Source of the DNA: an uncultured Planctomycetaceae bacterium
GTDB lineage: Bacteria; Planctomycetota; Planctomycetia; Pirellulales; UBA1268
Assembly (NCBI GenBank): GCA_903885565.1
Contig: CAISJI010000010.1
Coordinates: forward strand, 899 to 64,898
Reading direction: 5' to 3'
DNA length: 64,000 bases
The position numbers and the translations under genes were made by a program. Positions 30,918 to 40,325 of this stretch are shown piece after piece (the first letter of the stretch is position 1; each line of letters opens with the position of its first letter). The notes under the pieces are model-generated. The model saw only the letters and a list, made by a program, of their open reading frames with translations, searched no databases and had not been told where the DNA came from.

Positions 30918-31379
30918 ATGGTGCGGAAGATGGTTCTGGCGGGTCTGGCGATCGCGGTCTGTGCTGGGTTGGCCGGGGCCTCACTTGCCCAGGGTCCCTC
31001 GGGCCGGCTGAGCAAGGGTGTTTCGGGCATGTTCAATCGCGGTGGCGCCAGCAGCGGTGGCCTGTTGGCCCGGCTGAACCGGCCGCTCACGCCGACGATG
31101 CCAGGTCTGCCGACGGCCAGCCCGCTGGGCCTGATCGCCCCACGGCTGAGCAATGCTGTGTTGATTTTCCAGAAGGGTGGCTTGGCCACGCCGGCTGGTC
31201 GGCTCGGCGCGATCGGCGTGCTCTCGCCGCGGCTGAGCCCGGTGTTCGGTATGGTGCGGATGCCGCCGAAGACTCCGCAGGCGTTTATGAAGTATGGTCT
31301 GACGATCCTCTCGCCGAGGGCCGCCGTGCTGATCGGCATGCTCCAAGGCGCGCGGACGACAGCAGCCAAATACCGCTAA
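30918..31379 (+). CDS. Secreted highly cationic hypothetical protein
   Basis: AGGGAG RBS, signal peptide ending SLA-Q, three (I/L)(A/S)PR repeats, no Asp/Glu. Confidence 0.7.
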   Translation: MVRKMVLAGLAIAVCAGLAGASLAQGPSGRLSKGVSGMFNRGGASSGGLLARLNRPLTPTMPGLPTASPLGLIAPRLSNAVLIFQKGGLATPAGRLGAIGVLSPRLSPVFGMVRMPPKTPQAFMKYGLTILSPRAAVLIGMLQGARTTAAKYR

Positions 31380-31405
31380 CACAAGCTAACAAGGTTCCCA
31401 TAAGC

Positions 31406-31431
31406 AGGTGCCAGCCACCACATGTGGGTAG
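31406..31431 (+). repeat. Family C REP-like arm
   Basis: AGGTGCCAGCCACCACATGTGGGTAG, matches 19703-19728. Confidence 0.75.
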
Positions 31432-31538
31432 CTTGGGCATTCTGCTTCAGCAACACGTTCTCTCCCGAGCCGGGCATCGCAAGGTGCTCGGCCGGTTTTT
31501 TTCGGGGCCACGCGATCGGTTGTCCAGCCGCCACCGCG

Positions 31539-31963
31539 TCACACTCGCTGCAAGCATCCTGCCTCTCGTTCTCGCAAGAGCCACATGCCGGGGGTCATGA
31601 TTGCCAGACCATAGAATCGGTCGCCGAGAAGGCAGCTGAAGTCAGCGCGATCAAGCGTCAGAAGAACATCAGCCGATGACAAGGCGCTGAAGAGAATAGG
31701 TCTGTCCTTCTCAACCGGAAATACAGTGGGCGTGTCGATTGTCAAAACGCCATCGACGACAACGAGTTGACTCCGTAGCCTCAGCCACGCTGTGGTGGCC
31801 GATGCCGGGAAGGCCGCGAGATTGCGGACTGATTCCGCGATCGAATGGGGGTGGTCACCAAGAGCCAGTCATGCGTTCCTGCCAGGCGGAACACCGACCG
31901 GGATGCGCCTTCGGCCGAGGCGGCGCCAGCAATCATGACGCTTGAATCCAGAAACAGCCTCAC
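31539..31963 (-). pseudogene. PIN-domain toxin with single-base frameshift
   Basis: MRLFLDSSV...VTTP then, one base shifted at ~31846, (Y)SIAESVRNL...KDRPILFSA...LLTLDRADF. Confidence 0.8.
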
Positions 31964-32160
31964 GGCTGCTCCCGCAGGCGGCGCATGTCGGCCTCATCCT
32001 CCGCGATCCAGCGGGCCATCTCGTCTGCCGAGAACACCCGGGGCTCGGGTAGTTTCGCACCCTCGGCCCGGAGCCGAGAAGCCAGAAAGAGCATCAACTC
32101 CTGCTTTTCGGCGGGCGAGAGCGAAACAACTGCGGCCTCAATATCGGCAAGCATCGCCAT
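31960..32160 (-). CDS. Small putative antitoxin
   Basis: LADIEAAVVSLSPAEKQELMLFL; GTGA overlap with PIN gene. Confidence 0.75.
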   Translation of the reverse strand: MAMLADIEAAVVSLSPAEKQELMLFLASRLRAEGAKLPEPRVFSADEMARWIAEDEADMRRLREQP

Positions 32161-32166
32161 ACTCCA

Positions 32167-32195
32167 AGCGTACAGCACTGGAGGATGCTCTGCAA
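32167..32195 (-). promoter_or_regulatory. Putative leaderless sigma70 promoter
   Basis: TTGCAG-N17-TACGCT, ATG 6 nt downstream. Confidence 0.55.
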
Positions 32196-32308
32196 AGCCC
32201 GCGTGCCCTGCCACAAGCGCGCTTGTCGAACACGTTCACCTGATTTCAAGTTTCCGACAGGCACATTCAGGCACGGCATGCAAAGTGAGATCGCCTAGCC
32301 GCCCCCCG

Positions 32309-32328
32309 TTTGGTGGCCGGCACCTTTT
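32309..32328 (-). repeat. Family C REP-like arm (inverted)
   Basis: TTTGGTGGCCGGCACCTTTT, matches 19765-19782. Confidence 0.75.
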
Positions 32329-32599
32329 CCCTTCGGCACCAGACGCAGGTGCACCGGACACACCCGATGTATGGCGTGCCGTCTGCGATTGCCAGTAACT
32401 TCTGGCGGGCAGGAGCGGGGCTGTACCTCAGTTCCCCGCAGCATTCGGTGAACGACAGCACCCCGCCGCCACGCACCCACTGCTTGGCTGTGAATCTCTG
32501 GGCTGCCACCTCTTCGCGGAAATACTTTCGCTTCCCTCGCGATGGACGGCCCGCCAGCCGGTGGTTTCGCCTGCTCGATCCGTCAGGGCGAAACCCACC

Positions 32600-32641
32600 C
32601 AAATCGCCCGCGGCAGCCTTGAGGATCACCACGTCAGCCAA
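32600..32641 (-). pseudogene. N-terminal stub of a RelE/ParE-type toxin
   Basis: (M)ADVVILKAAAGDL at the expected overlap with the addiction-module gene, then unrelated sequence. Confidence 0.45.
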
Positions 32642-32871
32642 TCGAGTCCGGCCTCGCGTCTGGCCTGAGCCTTCACTCCTGGCCAGGAAGTGGCGGGCAT
32701 CCGACCGGCGTCATATTCGGCCGATCGCTGCTGAACTTCCTCGATCCAGGTGGTGCTCGGCCTTGGCCAACTTTCCGGCGCGGCTTCGTCCCACACCGCA
32801 TCGATGAGCTGCATTCGGTCGGCCGCGCTGAGAGTCTTGGCTGCGGCGATGATTTCCTGCAGGGTTGTCAT
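32626..32871 (-). CDS. Addiction-module antitoxin component (TIGR02574-like)
   Basis: LSAADRMQLIDAVWD, WIEEVQQRSAEYDAG, SWPGVK; AAGGAG RBS. Confidence 0.82.
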   Translation of the reverse strand: MTTLQEIIAAAKTLSAADRMQLIDAVWDEAAPESWPRPSTTWIEEVQQRSAEYDAGRMPATSWPGVKAQARREAGLDWLTW

Positions 32872-32929
32872 GCGGTTCTCCTTGGACAAGGCGGGCGGCG
32901 CCGTTAACCAACGGTACTCTTGCCGGGGA

Positions 32930-32965
32930 AAAAGTGCATGGAAGACTTTTTCCACAGCCAGCTAG
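32930..32965 (+). mobile_element. MITE family A right-end fragment
   Basis: GTGCATGGAAGACTTTTTCCACAGCCAG|CTAG. Confidence 0.7.
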
Positions 32966-33402
32966 AGCAGCTCTTCGACGTCGCCCAGATCGCGGTGCCT
33001 GCCCGTGGCTCGCTTGTTCCGCAGCAGGTCTTCCTTGCCGATGAACGTCACCTCAACGTCGCCGTAGCGTCCGCGAACCATGGCGGCCCGCGCCTCGGCG
33101 AACGTTACGCCCGCAATCCTGTTGAGCAGGTCGATCCTGACGGGCTCCACGCCAATGGCCAAGACCGCTCCGGGCTTGCCTAACGTTTCAAGGGATACCG
33201 TGGCAGCTTGAAAACCGAAGGCCACGAGCACCTTCTGGAGGCGGAGAAGATTTTCGGCGGCGTCGGAAAAAAAGATGTCGATGTCTTTCGTGAATCGCGG
33301 GAAGCCGTGGTACGCGACCGCAAAACCTCCCACAATCATGTACTCGGCGCGATGCACCTCAAGTAACCGTAAGAAGTCTTCGAAGTCTGGTTGGGTATTC
33401 AT
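32962..33402 (-). CDS. Nucleotidyltransferase (MenT/DUF6036-like putative toxin) 2
   Basis: YMIVGGFAV..HG.PRFTKDIDIF, IDLLNRIAG, NKRATGRHRDLGD. Confidence 0.85.
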   Translation of the reverse strand: MNTQPDFEDFLRLLEVHRAEYMIVGGFAVAYHGFPRFTKDIDIFFSDAAENLLRLQKVLVAFGFQAATVSLETLGKPGAVLAIGVEPVRIDLLNRIAGVTFAEARAAMVRGRYGDVEVTFIGKEDLLRNKRATGRHRDLGDVEELL

Positions 33403-33553
33403 AGAGAAACTTCCCCGCCTGCAGCCTCAGGGCCTCGACGGCATCGAGGCGCTCTTCCGGCGTGCAGGCCCGCCAGGCCTCGCGATCGGCCTGCGTCTGC
33501 GACGCCTGGTCGGTGACGGTCAGGCGAACTGCTTTCTCAATGGGACGATCCAT
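33359..33553 (-). CDS. Small partner protein (putative antitoxin) 2
   Basis: DREAWRACTPEERLDAVEALR, C-terminal RLRR; 44-bp overlap with toxin. Confidence 0.75.
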   Translation of the reverse strand: MDRPIEKAVRLTVTDQASQTQADREAWRACTPEERLDAVEALRLQAGKFLYEYPTRLRRLLTVT

Positions 33554-33599
33554 GCTAACTCGAATCCTGAAGGTGAACTCGAGTATACCACCGCCCACT

Positions 33600-33803
33600 G
33601 TGTTGACGCTGGGGCAACGAATCCGCAGGGCACGAGAAGCCCGGCATCAGACGCAGGTGCAGTTGGCAGCCGAAGCCGGCATCTCTCAGGGCTATCTCTC
33701 GCAGCTTGTGCAGGATCAACGAGAGCCGACGCTCTCGATCGCTGCCCGGCTGGCAGGGGCCCTCGGCGTGTCGCTCGACAAAAGTGCCACGGGTGCCGCG
33801 TGA
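33600..33803 (+). CDS. XRE-family HTH regulator
   Basis: LGQRIRRAR..TQVQLAAEAGISQGYLSQL..REPTL. Confidence 0.85.
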   Translation: MLTLGQRIRRAREARHQTQVQLAAEAGISQGYLSQLVQDQREPTLSIAARLAGALGVSLDKSATGAA

Positions 33804-33848
33804 CGGCGGCGAGTCCCCGCTCCGGTCCACGCCGCAAAATTCCCAAAG

Positions 33849-33922
33849 TGGGCGATATAGGACTCGAACCTATGACCCCTAGCTTGTCGAGCTAGTGCTC
33901 TAACCAACTGAGCTAATCGCCC
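33849..33922 (-). tRNA. tRNA-Val(GAC), CCA not encoded
   Basis: GGGCGAT acceptor, AGCTCAGTTGGTTAGAGC D arm, CTAGC-TCGACAA-GCTAG anticodon arm, GGTTCGAGTCC T arm. Confidence 0.95.
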
Positions 33923-34085
33923 GCGAACTGCTCGCGAAACCCAAGTCTCGCGCCCGCAGGGCCGGCAGTCAAGCGCGAACCGCCCCACCGCCCCCCGGCT
34001 GGCCTTGCCGCCCCACCGGCCACCTCCGATACTCTGCACAATCGATCCAAACAGCCCTTTTTTCTCCCCACCGCGACCCCCAGCC

Positions 34086-36170
34086 ATGCCCACCGTCCAA
34101 CTTCCCAACGGCACCCTCCGCGAACTCCCCCCTGGTGCTCGCGTGGCCGATCTCCTCGCGCCCCTCGTTCCGGCCGCTGCCTCAGCCGCTGTTCCGGCCG
34201 CTTCTCCAGCTACCCCGGCGCCCGCGCCGGCGCAAGGGGGAGGGGGCAAAAAGAAGAAGGGAAAGCCGATCGCTGCGGTGCTCGACGGAAAAACGGTGGG
34301 CCTCGATGCCCCGCTACCCGCCACCGGCACAGCGGCGCTCGAATGGCTCTACGCCGGCGATCCGCGGGCGCTGCCGGTGATGCGGCATTCGGCGGCGCAT
34401 GTGATGGCGCGGGCTGTGATGCGGCTCTTTGAAGGGGTGGAGCTCGCCTTCGGCCCCACCGTCGGGGCTGGCTTCTACTACGACATGCGCGCCAGCCGGC
34501 CGATCACCGACGACGATCTCCCCGCCATCGAAGCGGAAATGAAAAAGATCATCGCCGCCGACGAGGCTTTTGAGCGGGTGGAGGTGCCGCGGGCCAAGGC
34601 CGTGGAGATCGTGCGCGATCTGCAGCAGCCGCTGAAAGTGGAGCATATTGAAACGGGCCTCGCCGCCCACGACTCGCTGTCGTTTTACCGGCAGGGGGAA
34701 TTTGTCGATCTCTGCCGCGGCCCCCATGTGCCCAGCCCCGGCTGCATCGGCGCCTTCAAGCTCACCACGATCGCCGGTGCCTACTGGAAGGGGGATGCCA
34801 ACAACGCGCAGCTGCAACGGCTCTACGGCACTGCCTGGTTTACACAGGAAGATCTCGACGCCCATCTGGCGGCGCTGGAAGAGGCCCGCAAACGGGATCA
34901 CCGCGTGCTCGGCAAGCAGCTCGATCTGTTTACAACCAGCCCGCTGGTCGGCTCGGGGCTCGTGCTCTGGATGCCGAAGGGGGCGATGGTGCGGGGAGTG
35001 CTGGAGGGATTTGTGCGCGACGAACTGGCCAAGCGCGGCTACCAGCCGGTCTACACGCCCCACATCGGCAAGGTCGATCTCTACAAGATCTCCGGTCACT
35101 ATCCCTATTATGCCGACAGCCAGTTCAAGCCGATCGTGATGGCCGAGGATGAGCAGTATCTCCTCAAGCCGATGAACTGCCCGCACCATACGATGATCTA
35201 CAAGGCCCGCCCCCGCAGCTATAAGGAGCTGCCGCTGCGGCTGGCGGAATTCGGCACTGTCTACCGCTACGAGCAGTCGGGCGAACTCGGCGGCATGACG
35301 CGCGTGCGCGGCTTCACGCAGGACGATGCCCATATCTTCTGCATGCCCGAGCAGGTGGAGCAGGAGGTGGAGGGCTGCATCGATTTCACGCTCAAGGTGC
35401 TCAGCAGCCTCGCCTTCGACAACTTCCGCGTGCGGCTGGGCTTCCGCGATCCCAAGAGCGATAAGTATGTCGGCCCGCCCGCCCGCTGGGATGAGGCGGA
35501 GGCGGCGATCGAACGGGTGGCCAGGAAGATGAATCTGCCCGGCTGCGAACCGGAGCCGGGGGAGGCTGCCTTCTATGGCCCGAAGATCGATTTTGTGGTC
35601 AACGATTCGCTCGGCCGGCAGTGGCAGCTTGGCACCGTGCAGCTCGATTACAACCTGCCGAGTGCGGAGCGCTTCGATCTGGAGTACATCGGAGCCGACA
35701 ACGGCCGCCACCAGCCGGTGATGATCCACCGGGCGCCGCTGGGGAGCATGGAGCGGTTTGTGGGGGTGTTGATCGAGCACTTCGCCGGGGCCTTCCCCCT
35801 CTGGCTGGCGCCGGAGCAGGTGCGGGTGATTCCGGTGAGCGAAAAGAGCGAGGGCTATGCCCAGCTGGTGAAGGCGCGGCTGGAGGCGGCCGGCCTGCGG
35901 GTGGGGATCGATCTGGCGGCCGAGAAGCTCGGAGCGAAGGTGCGCACAGCGCAGGTGGAGCTGATTCCGGCGATGGTGGTCTGTGGGCCGCGCGACGAAG
36001 CGGCCGGCACCGTCAGCCTCCGCGACCGGCTCGATGGCGACTTGGGCGCGATGACGCTCGAAGCGGCGGTGGAACGGCTGCGGCAGGAGAATGTCGAGCG
36101 GCTCGTGCGCCACAAGCCGAAGCCACTGGCCGTGGCAGGCGAACCGGCAGGCGGCGCCGAGGATTATTGA
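34086..36170 (+). CDS. thrS: Threonine--tRNA ligase
   Basis: [48 protein letters not shown]. Confidence 0.98.
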   Translation: MPTVQLPNGTLRELPPGARVADLLAPLVPAAASAAVPAASPATPAPAPAQGGGGKKKKGKPIAAVLDGKTVGLDAPLPATGTAALEWLYAGDPRALPVMRHSAAHVMARAVMRLFEGVELAFGPTVGAGFYYDMRASRPITDDDLPAIEAEMKKIIAADEAFERVEVPRAKAVEIVRDLQQPLKVEHIETGLAAHDSLSFYRQGEFVDLCRGPHVPSPGCIGAFKLTTIAGAYWKGDANNAQLQRLYGTAWFTQEDLDAHLAALEEARKRDHRVLGKQLDLFTTSPLVGSGLVLWMPKGAMVRGVLEGFVRDELAKRGYQPVYTPHIGKVDLYKISGHYPYYADSQFKPIVMAEDEQYLLKPMNCPHHTMIYKARPRSYKELPLRLAEFGTVYRYEQSGELGGMTRVRGFTQDDAHIFCMPEQVEQEVEGCIDFTLKVLSSLAFDNFRVRLGFRDPKSDKYVGPPARWDEAEAAIERVARKMNLPGCEPEPGEAAFYGPKIDFVVNDSLGRQWQLGTVQLDYNLPSAERFDLEYIGADNGRHQPVMIHRAPLGSMERFVGVLIEHFAGAFPLWLAPEQVRVIPVSEKSEGYAQLVKARLEAAGLRVGIDLAAEKLGAKVRTAQVELIPAMVVCGPRDEAAGTVSLRDRLDGDLGAMTLEAAVERLRQENVERLVRHKPKPLAVAGEPAGGAEDY

Positions 36171-36185
36171 GCCTGAGCAGGTGGG

Positions 36186-36617
36186 ATGAGAAAACAGGGG
36201 GCACGCGTGCCGCGCTTTGCAGTGCTGGAACATTCAGACGCCCCCGATGATCCCACCGGGCGGCATTTCGATCTGCTTTTGGAAGCAGGAAACGCCTGCC
36301 GCACCTGGCGGCTGATGCTCGTGCCACTGATCGATGGGCCGCTGGTAGCTGCCGTCGAGATCGCCCCCCATCGCCTGGCGTGGCTTGCGCATCTCTCCGG
36401 AGAGGTGTCGGGGGGGCGGGGATATGCCCGGCAGATCGCTGCCGGCAGCTTTACGCTCCTCTCTGCCGATGCAGCCGAGCTGGCAGAGGCGACGGCGCTC
36501 ATTGTGCAGCTGACAGGCGAAAAACTCTCCGGCCGGCTGCGGCTGGAGGGAGCGGGGGAGGGCTGGGTGGCGAGCCTCGCAAACCCTGGCTCATCAAACC
36601 CTCATGAAGCAGCTTGA
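36186..36617 (+). CDS. Stand-alone LigD N-terminal (3'-phosphoesterase-like) domain protein
   Basis: RFAVLEH...HFDLLLE...TWRL...HRLAWL..SGEVSGGRG. Confidence 0.7.
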   Translation: MRKQGARVPRFAVLEHSDAPDDPTGRHFDLLLEAGNACRTWRLMLVPLIDGPLVAAVEIAPHRLAWLAHLSGEVSGGRGYARQIAAGSFTLLSADAAELAEATALIVQLTGEKLSGRLRLEGAGEGWVASLANPGSSNPHEAA

Positions 36618-36748
36618 ATCTTCCCCAACCGGGGTTGCCTGCCGAGCGGGAGAAGAGGCTACTATTTTCATTGGAGCCGGTGGCATAGCTCTCTGCCGCC
36701 GGTCGCATCGGCCTGATCACGGATGAACCTTCCCCAGAGGAGTTTTCC

Positions 36749-38080
36749 ATGCAGGATGCAGCGGCCAAGATCTTTGTCCTCGACACCAATGTGATCCTCC
36801 ACGACAACAGCTGCATCCATAATTTTGAAGAACATGATGTTGCCATCCCGCTCACGGTGCTCGAGGAACTCGATCAGTTCAAGCGGGGCAACGAAGACAT
36901 CAACTTCCAGGCCCGCGAATTCCTCCGCCGGCTCGATGCCCTGACTGGCGATGTGCTCTCGGCCGAGGGCTGCGCGCTTGGGCCGGGGATGGGAAGTGTG
37001 CGGGTGATTCTTGGCGGCGATCGCAGCGATGTGTTGCAGGATGCCTTCCTGCAAGACACCCCGGACCACCGCATTCTCAATACCACGCTCCTCCTCGCGC
37101 AGCAGATGAGCCCGCGGAGCGTGATCCTTGTCAGCAAAGACACCAACCTCCGCATGAAGGCCAAGTCGCTCGGCCTCCGCGCGCAGGACTACACCTCCGA
37201 TAAGGTGGAGAGCTTCGAAAAGCTCTACACCGGCAAGCGCACGATCGAGGGGATCGATTCAGCCTCGATCGACCGCTTCTATGCCGACGGCGGGTGTGTG
37301 GCGGCGGCAGAGGCCCCGTTTGTCGAGCACCCCAAGGCCAATGAAAACTTCATCCTCCGCAACGGCAGCAAGTCGGCACTGGCCACGTTCCGCTGGGCCG
37401 ATCGGGCGCTGGTGCGGGTGGAGAAAACCACCTGTTACGGCATCTCGCCGCGCAATGCAGAGCAGTCGTTTGCGCTCAGGGCCCTGATGGATGACGACAT
37501 CAAGCTCGTGACGCTCGCCGGCACGGCCGGCACCGGCAAAACCCTGCTTGCCTTGGCAGCGGCGCTTGAATCGCGGCAGAAGTACCGGCAGATCCTTCTG
37601 GCCCGGCCGGTGGTGCCGCTGTCGAACCGCGATCTCGGCTTTTTACCCGGCGATGTCTCGGAAAAACTCGATCCCTACATGCAGCCGCTCTACGACAACC
37701 TGACCGTCATCCGCCATCAATGCGGTGATAACACGCAGGCGGCCCAGCGGATCGTGGAGATGCGGGAATCGGAAAAGCTGATGGTTACACCGCTGGCTTA
37801 TATCCGCGGCCGCAGCCTGCAGCGCATCTTCTTTATTGTGGATGAGGCGCAAAACCTCACGCCGCATGAGGTGAAAACGATCATCACGCGGGCCGGCGAG
37901 GGAACCAAGATCGTGTTTACCGGCGACGTCTGCCAGATCGACCAGCCCTATCTCGATTCCCTTTCCAACGGGCTCAGCTATCTCATCCACCGGATGATGG
38001 GGCAGCCGATCTACGCCCACATCACGCTGGAAAAGGGGGAGCGGTCGGCCCTGGCCGATCTTGCCAGCGAACTGCTGTAG
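36749..38080 (+). CDS. PIN-PhoH fusion ATPase (PhoH2/YlaK type)
   Basis: FVLDTNV PIN start, [25 protein letters not shown]. Confidence 0.93.
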   Translation: MQDAAAKIFVLDTNVILHDNSCIHNFEEHDVAIPLTVLEELDQFKRGNEDINFQAREFLRRLDALTGDVLSAEGCALGPGMGSVRVILGGDRSDVLQDAFLQDTPDHRILNTTLLLAQQMSPRSVILVSKDTNLRMKAKSLGLRAQDYTSDKVESFEKLYTGKRTIEGIDSASIDRFYADGGCVAAAEAPFVEHPKANENFILRNGSKSALATFRWADRALVRVEKTTCYGISPRNAEQSFALRALMDDDIKLVTLAGTAGTGKTLLALAAALESRQKYRQILLARPVVPLSNRDLGFLPGDVSEKLDPYMQPLYDNLTVIRHQCGDNTQAAQRIVEMRESEKLMVTPLAYIRGRSLQRIFFIVDEAQNLTPHEVKTIITRAGEGTKIVFTGDVCQIDQPYLDSLSNGLSYLIHRMMGQPIYAHITLEKGERSALADLASELL

Positions 38081-38087
38081 ACCGCGC

Positions 38088-38229
38088 TTAGCAGGCTGTG
38101 GATAAAGTGCAGCATCGCTGGATGCGATGCCCATCGACTGTGGAAAACCTCGGCTTTTCCCCCGGGCGACCGAGTGGACTGTCTTCAATCGAGACAGGTG
38201 CATGGAGGAATTTTTCCACGGGCAGTTAG
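38088..38229 (+). mobile_element. MITE family A copy 3
   Basis: TTAG|CAGGCTGTGGATAAA...TTTTTCCACGGGCAG|TTAG. Confidence 0.88.
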
Positions 38230-38240
38230 CAAAGTGGCGG

Positions 38241-40097
38241 TCAGTCGCGCTGCGCTGAGAGGATGGTGACATCCTGATTGAGCTTGCGCAGCTTCGTGGC
38301 GAGTGAGATGCCGATGTTGCGCAGGATCTTGGTGTGGAGCGTTGGGTGGCTCTGCTGCAGGGCCAGGAAAGTGGCGATCTCCAGCACAGCGCACTCCACA
38401 TCCCCTTCGGCCACCACGTTGGCCGATCGCTTCTCACCATCCAGAAAGGCCATCTCCCCCACCATCGTGCCGACAGAAAAGCTCCCCATCCGCCGCCCCT
38501 CGCCCGTCACCGCCCCCAACCAGACGCCGACCACGCCTTTGGTGATTAAAAACAGATTGGTCGATTCCGTACCGAGGCGGATAATAACCTCACCGCTGGC
38601 GTAGTGTCGGTCCGTCAGCAAGCTGGCAAAGACGGCCAATTCCTCTTCCGTGAGACCGGCGGTAATTTCGAATTCACGCAGATTCTTCCCGCTTGTGTGC
38701 TGGGCGCGTGCTTCGCCAAGCAGCAGATCCTCGCACTGCTCGAGGGCTGCGTCGGTGGAGTGATACCGGAAGAGTTCCGCGCAGAGGTCTGAGTCTGCCA
38801 GGTGCGTGGCCACCTGCGCTTTGAGCATCGGCAGACGGCTGGTGTGGGTGAAATAAACATCGCACTTCCGGCTCTTCAAATCGCGGGCCAGATCGGCGAG
38901 CAGGCGGGCGGCAACGCGGTTGATCGAGGTGACATGGTGGCAATCGAGGATCATCCCCCGCGGCTTCTCCGCACTTCCGATCACGTCGCGAATGATCGGC
39001 TCGGTGGTGGAAAAAGCGAGGTTGCTTTGCATTTCGACGACATGAATCAGATGGCCGGAAGCACGCAGGTGTTCCCGCTCCGCCGGGTGCCTTGTGCGGC
39101 TGGAGGTTCGCTGAGCAGAGGTGTAGGTCAGCCGGCGGCTGTTCTGCGGGCAATAAGGGGGATTGAACTGATGGAGTTCCCAGGCCCGCGACAGCTCTTC
39201 GCACACCTTCAGCGCCCGCACACTATTGCCTTGGGTGTCGAGCCGCGGCGAATAGACGCCGATCCCCAACTGGCCCGGCAGCACCGCCAGCACCCCCCCG
39301 GCCACACCACTTTTGGCCGGCATGCCGACGTTGTAGATCCAGCCTCCGGAAAAATCGTACATCCCGCAGGAGGCCATCACGCTGAGCACATTTTCCACAT
39401 GATCTTCGCGGATCGCCCGCACTCCGGTCAGCGGATTGATCCCCTGATTGGCCAGCGTAGCTCCCATCAGGGCCAGATCGCCGCAGGTCACCGCAATGGC
39501 GCACTGCTGGAAATAGGTGTCGACGGTGGCGTTAGGTTCATCCGTGAGGACGTCAAAATTTCGCAGCAGGTGGCCGATCGCCCGGTTGCGGTGGCCGGTG
39601 CGGCTCTCCGAAAGATAGACATCCTGATCGATCCGCAGCCGCCGCCCCGCATAGAGGCTGAACATCTGCAGAATGCGCTCGAGACGCTGCTGGGGGGTGT
39701 CGGCGGCGATCTGGCCGGTCGTGGCGATCGCGCCGGTGTTGATCATCGGATTGAGCGGACAGCCGGTCACCTTATGGAGGCTGATGGCGTTGAACGCATC
39801 GCCACTGGGCTCCACCCCCACCTTGGCCATCATCCATTCCGGGCCGTTGTCGTCGAGCGCCAGGCCATAGACGAAGGGCTTGGAGATCGACTGGATCGTA
39901 AACTCCTGCCGGGAGGCACCCACCTCGTAGACAAACCCGTCGGTGGTGGCGACACAGATGCCGAAGGCCTCGGGATCGGCGGTGGCCAGTTCGGGGATGT
40001 AGGTCGCCACCTCCCCCTCACGCAGCGGGGCATATTTGGCGTGCAGAAATTCCAGAAACGCCTGGATGGGGGAGAACCGACTGCCGGCATTGTCCAT
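38241..40097 (-). CDS. glsA: Glutaminase A with STAS and cyclic-nucleotide-binding domains
   Basis: YIPELA, TIQSISKPF, EPSG..FN, GMYDFSG, PAKSGVAGG; C-terminal GEMAFL..RSA. Confidence 0.93.
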   Translation of the reverse strand: MDNAGSRFSPIQAFLEFLHAKYAPLREGEVATYIPELATADPEAFGICVATTDGFVYEVGASRQEFTIQSISKPFVYGLALDDNGPEWMMAKVGVEPSGDAFNAISLHKVTGCPLNPMINTGAIATTGQIAADTPQQRLERILQMFSLYAGRRLRIDQDVYLSESRTGHRNRAIGHLLRNFDVLTDEPNATVDTYFQQCAIAVTCGDLALMGATLANQGINPLTGVRAIREDHVENVLSVMASCGMYDFSGGWIYNVGMPAKSGVAGGVLAVLPGQLGIGVYSPRLDTQGNSVRALKVCEELSRAWELHQFNPPYCPQNSRRLTYTSAQRTSSRTRHPAEREHLRASGHLIHVVEMQSNLAFSTTEPIIRDVIGSAEKPRGMILDCHHVTSINRVAARLLADLARDLKSRKCDVYFTHTSRLPMLKAQVATHLADSDLCAELFRYHSTDAALEQCEDLLLGEARAQHTSGKNLREFEITAGLTEEELAVFASLLTDRHYASGEVIIRLGTESTNLFLITKGVVGVWLGAVTGEGRRMGSFSVGTMVGEMAFLDGEKRSANVVAEGDVECAVLEIATFLALQQSHPTLHTKILRNIGISLATKLRKLNQDVTILSAQRD

Positions 40098-40325
40098 CGT
40101 GGGCAGACTCCATCAGAGGGTGTGGGGCAAGGTGTAGATCGACCATCTTTGCCCAGCGCCGCCGGGAAGAACAGGGAAACTGGCCCCACTGGGCTCAAAA
40201 AGGGCTTCACAACCCATCTTTCCAGCCCAAAGCTGGCATCAGCGGCCGGTTTCTGGCGACTATAATTGTGTGAGGTCCGTTTTCAGCAGAGACGGTCGAT
40301 CCTGCACCGTCCCGGTCGAATCACC

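Noticed and set aside
32267-32600. Remainder of the 124-aa ORF after the ParE-like stub
   Set aside because: Composition unlike RelE/ParE; runs through a family C repeat; likely non-coding debris.
36676-36705. Hairpin upstream of the PhoH gene as a riboswitch
   Set aside because: Single stem with no recognisable aptamer consensus.
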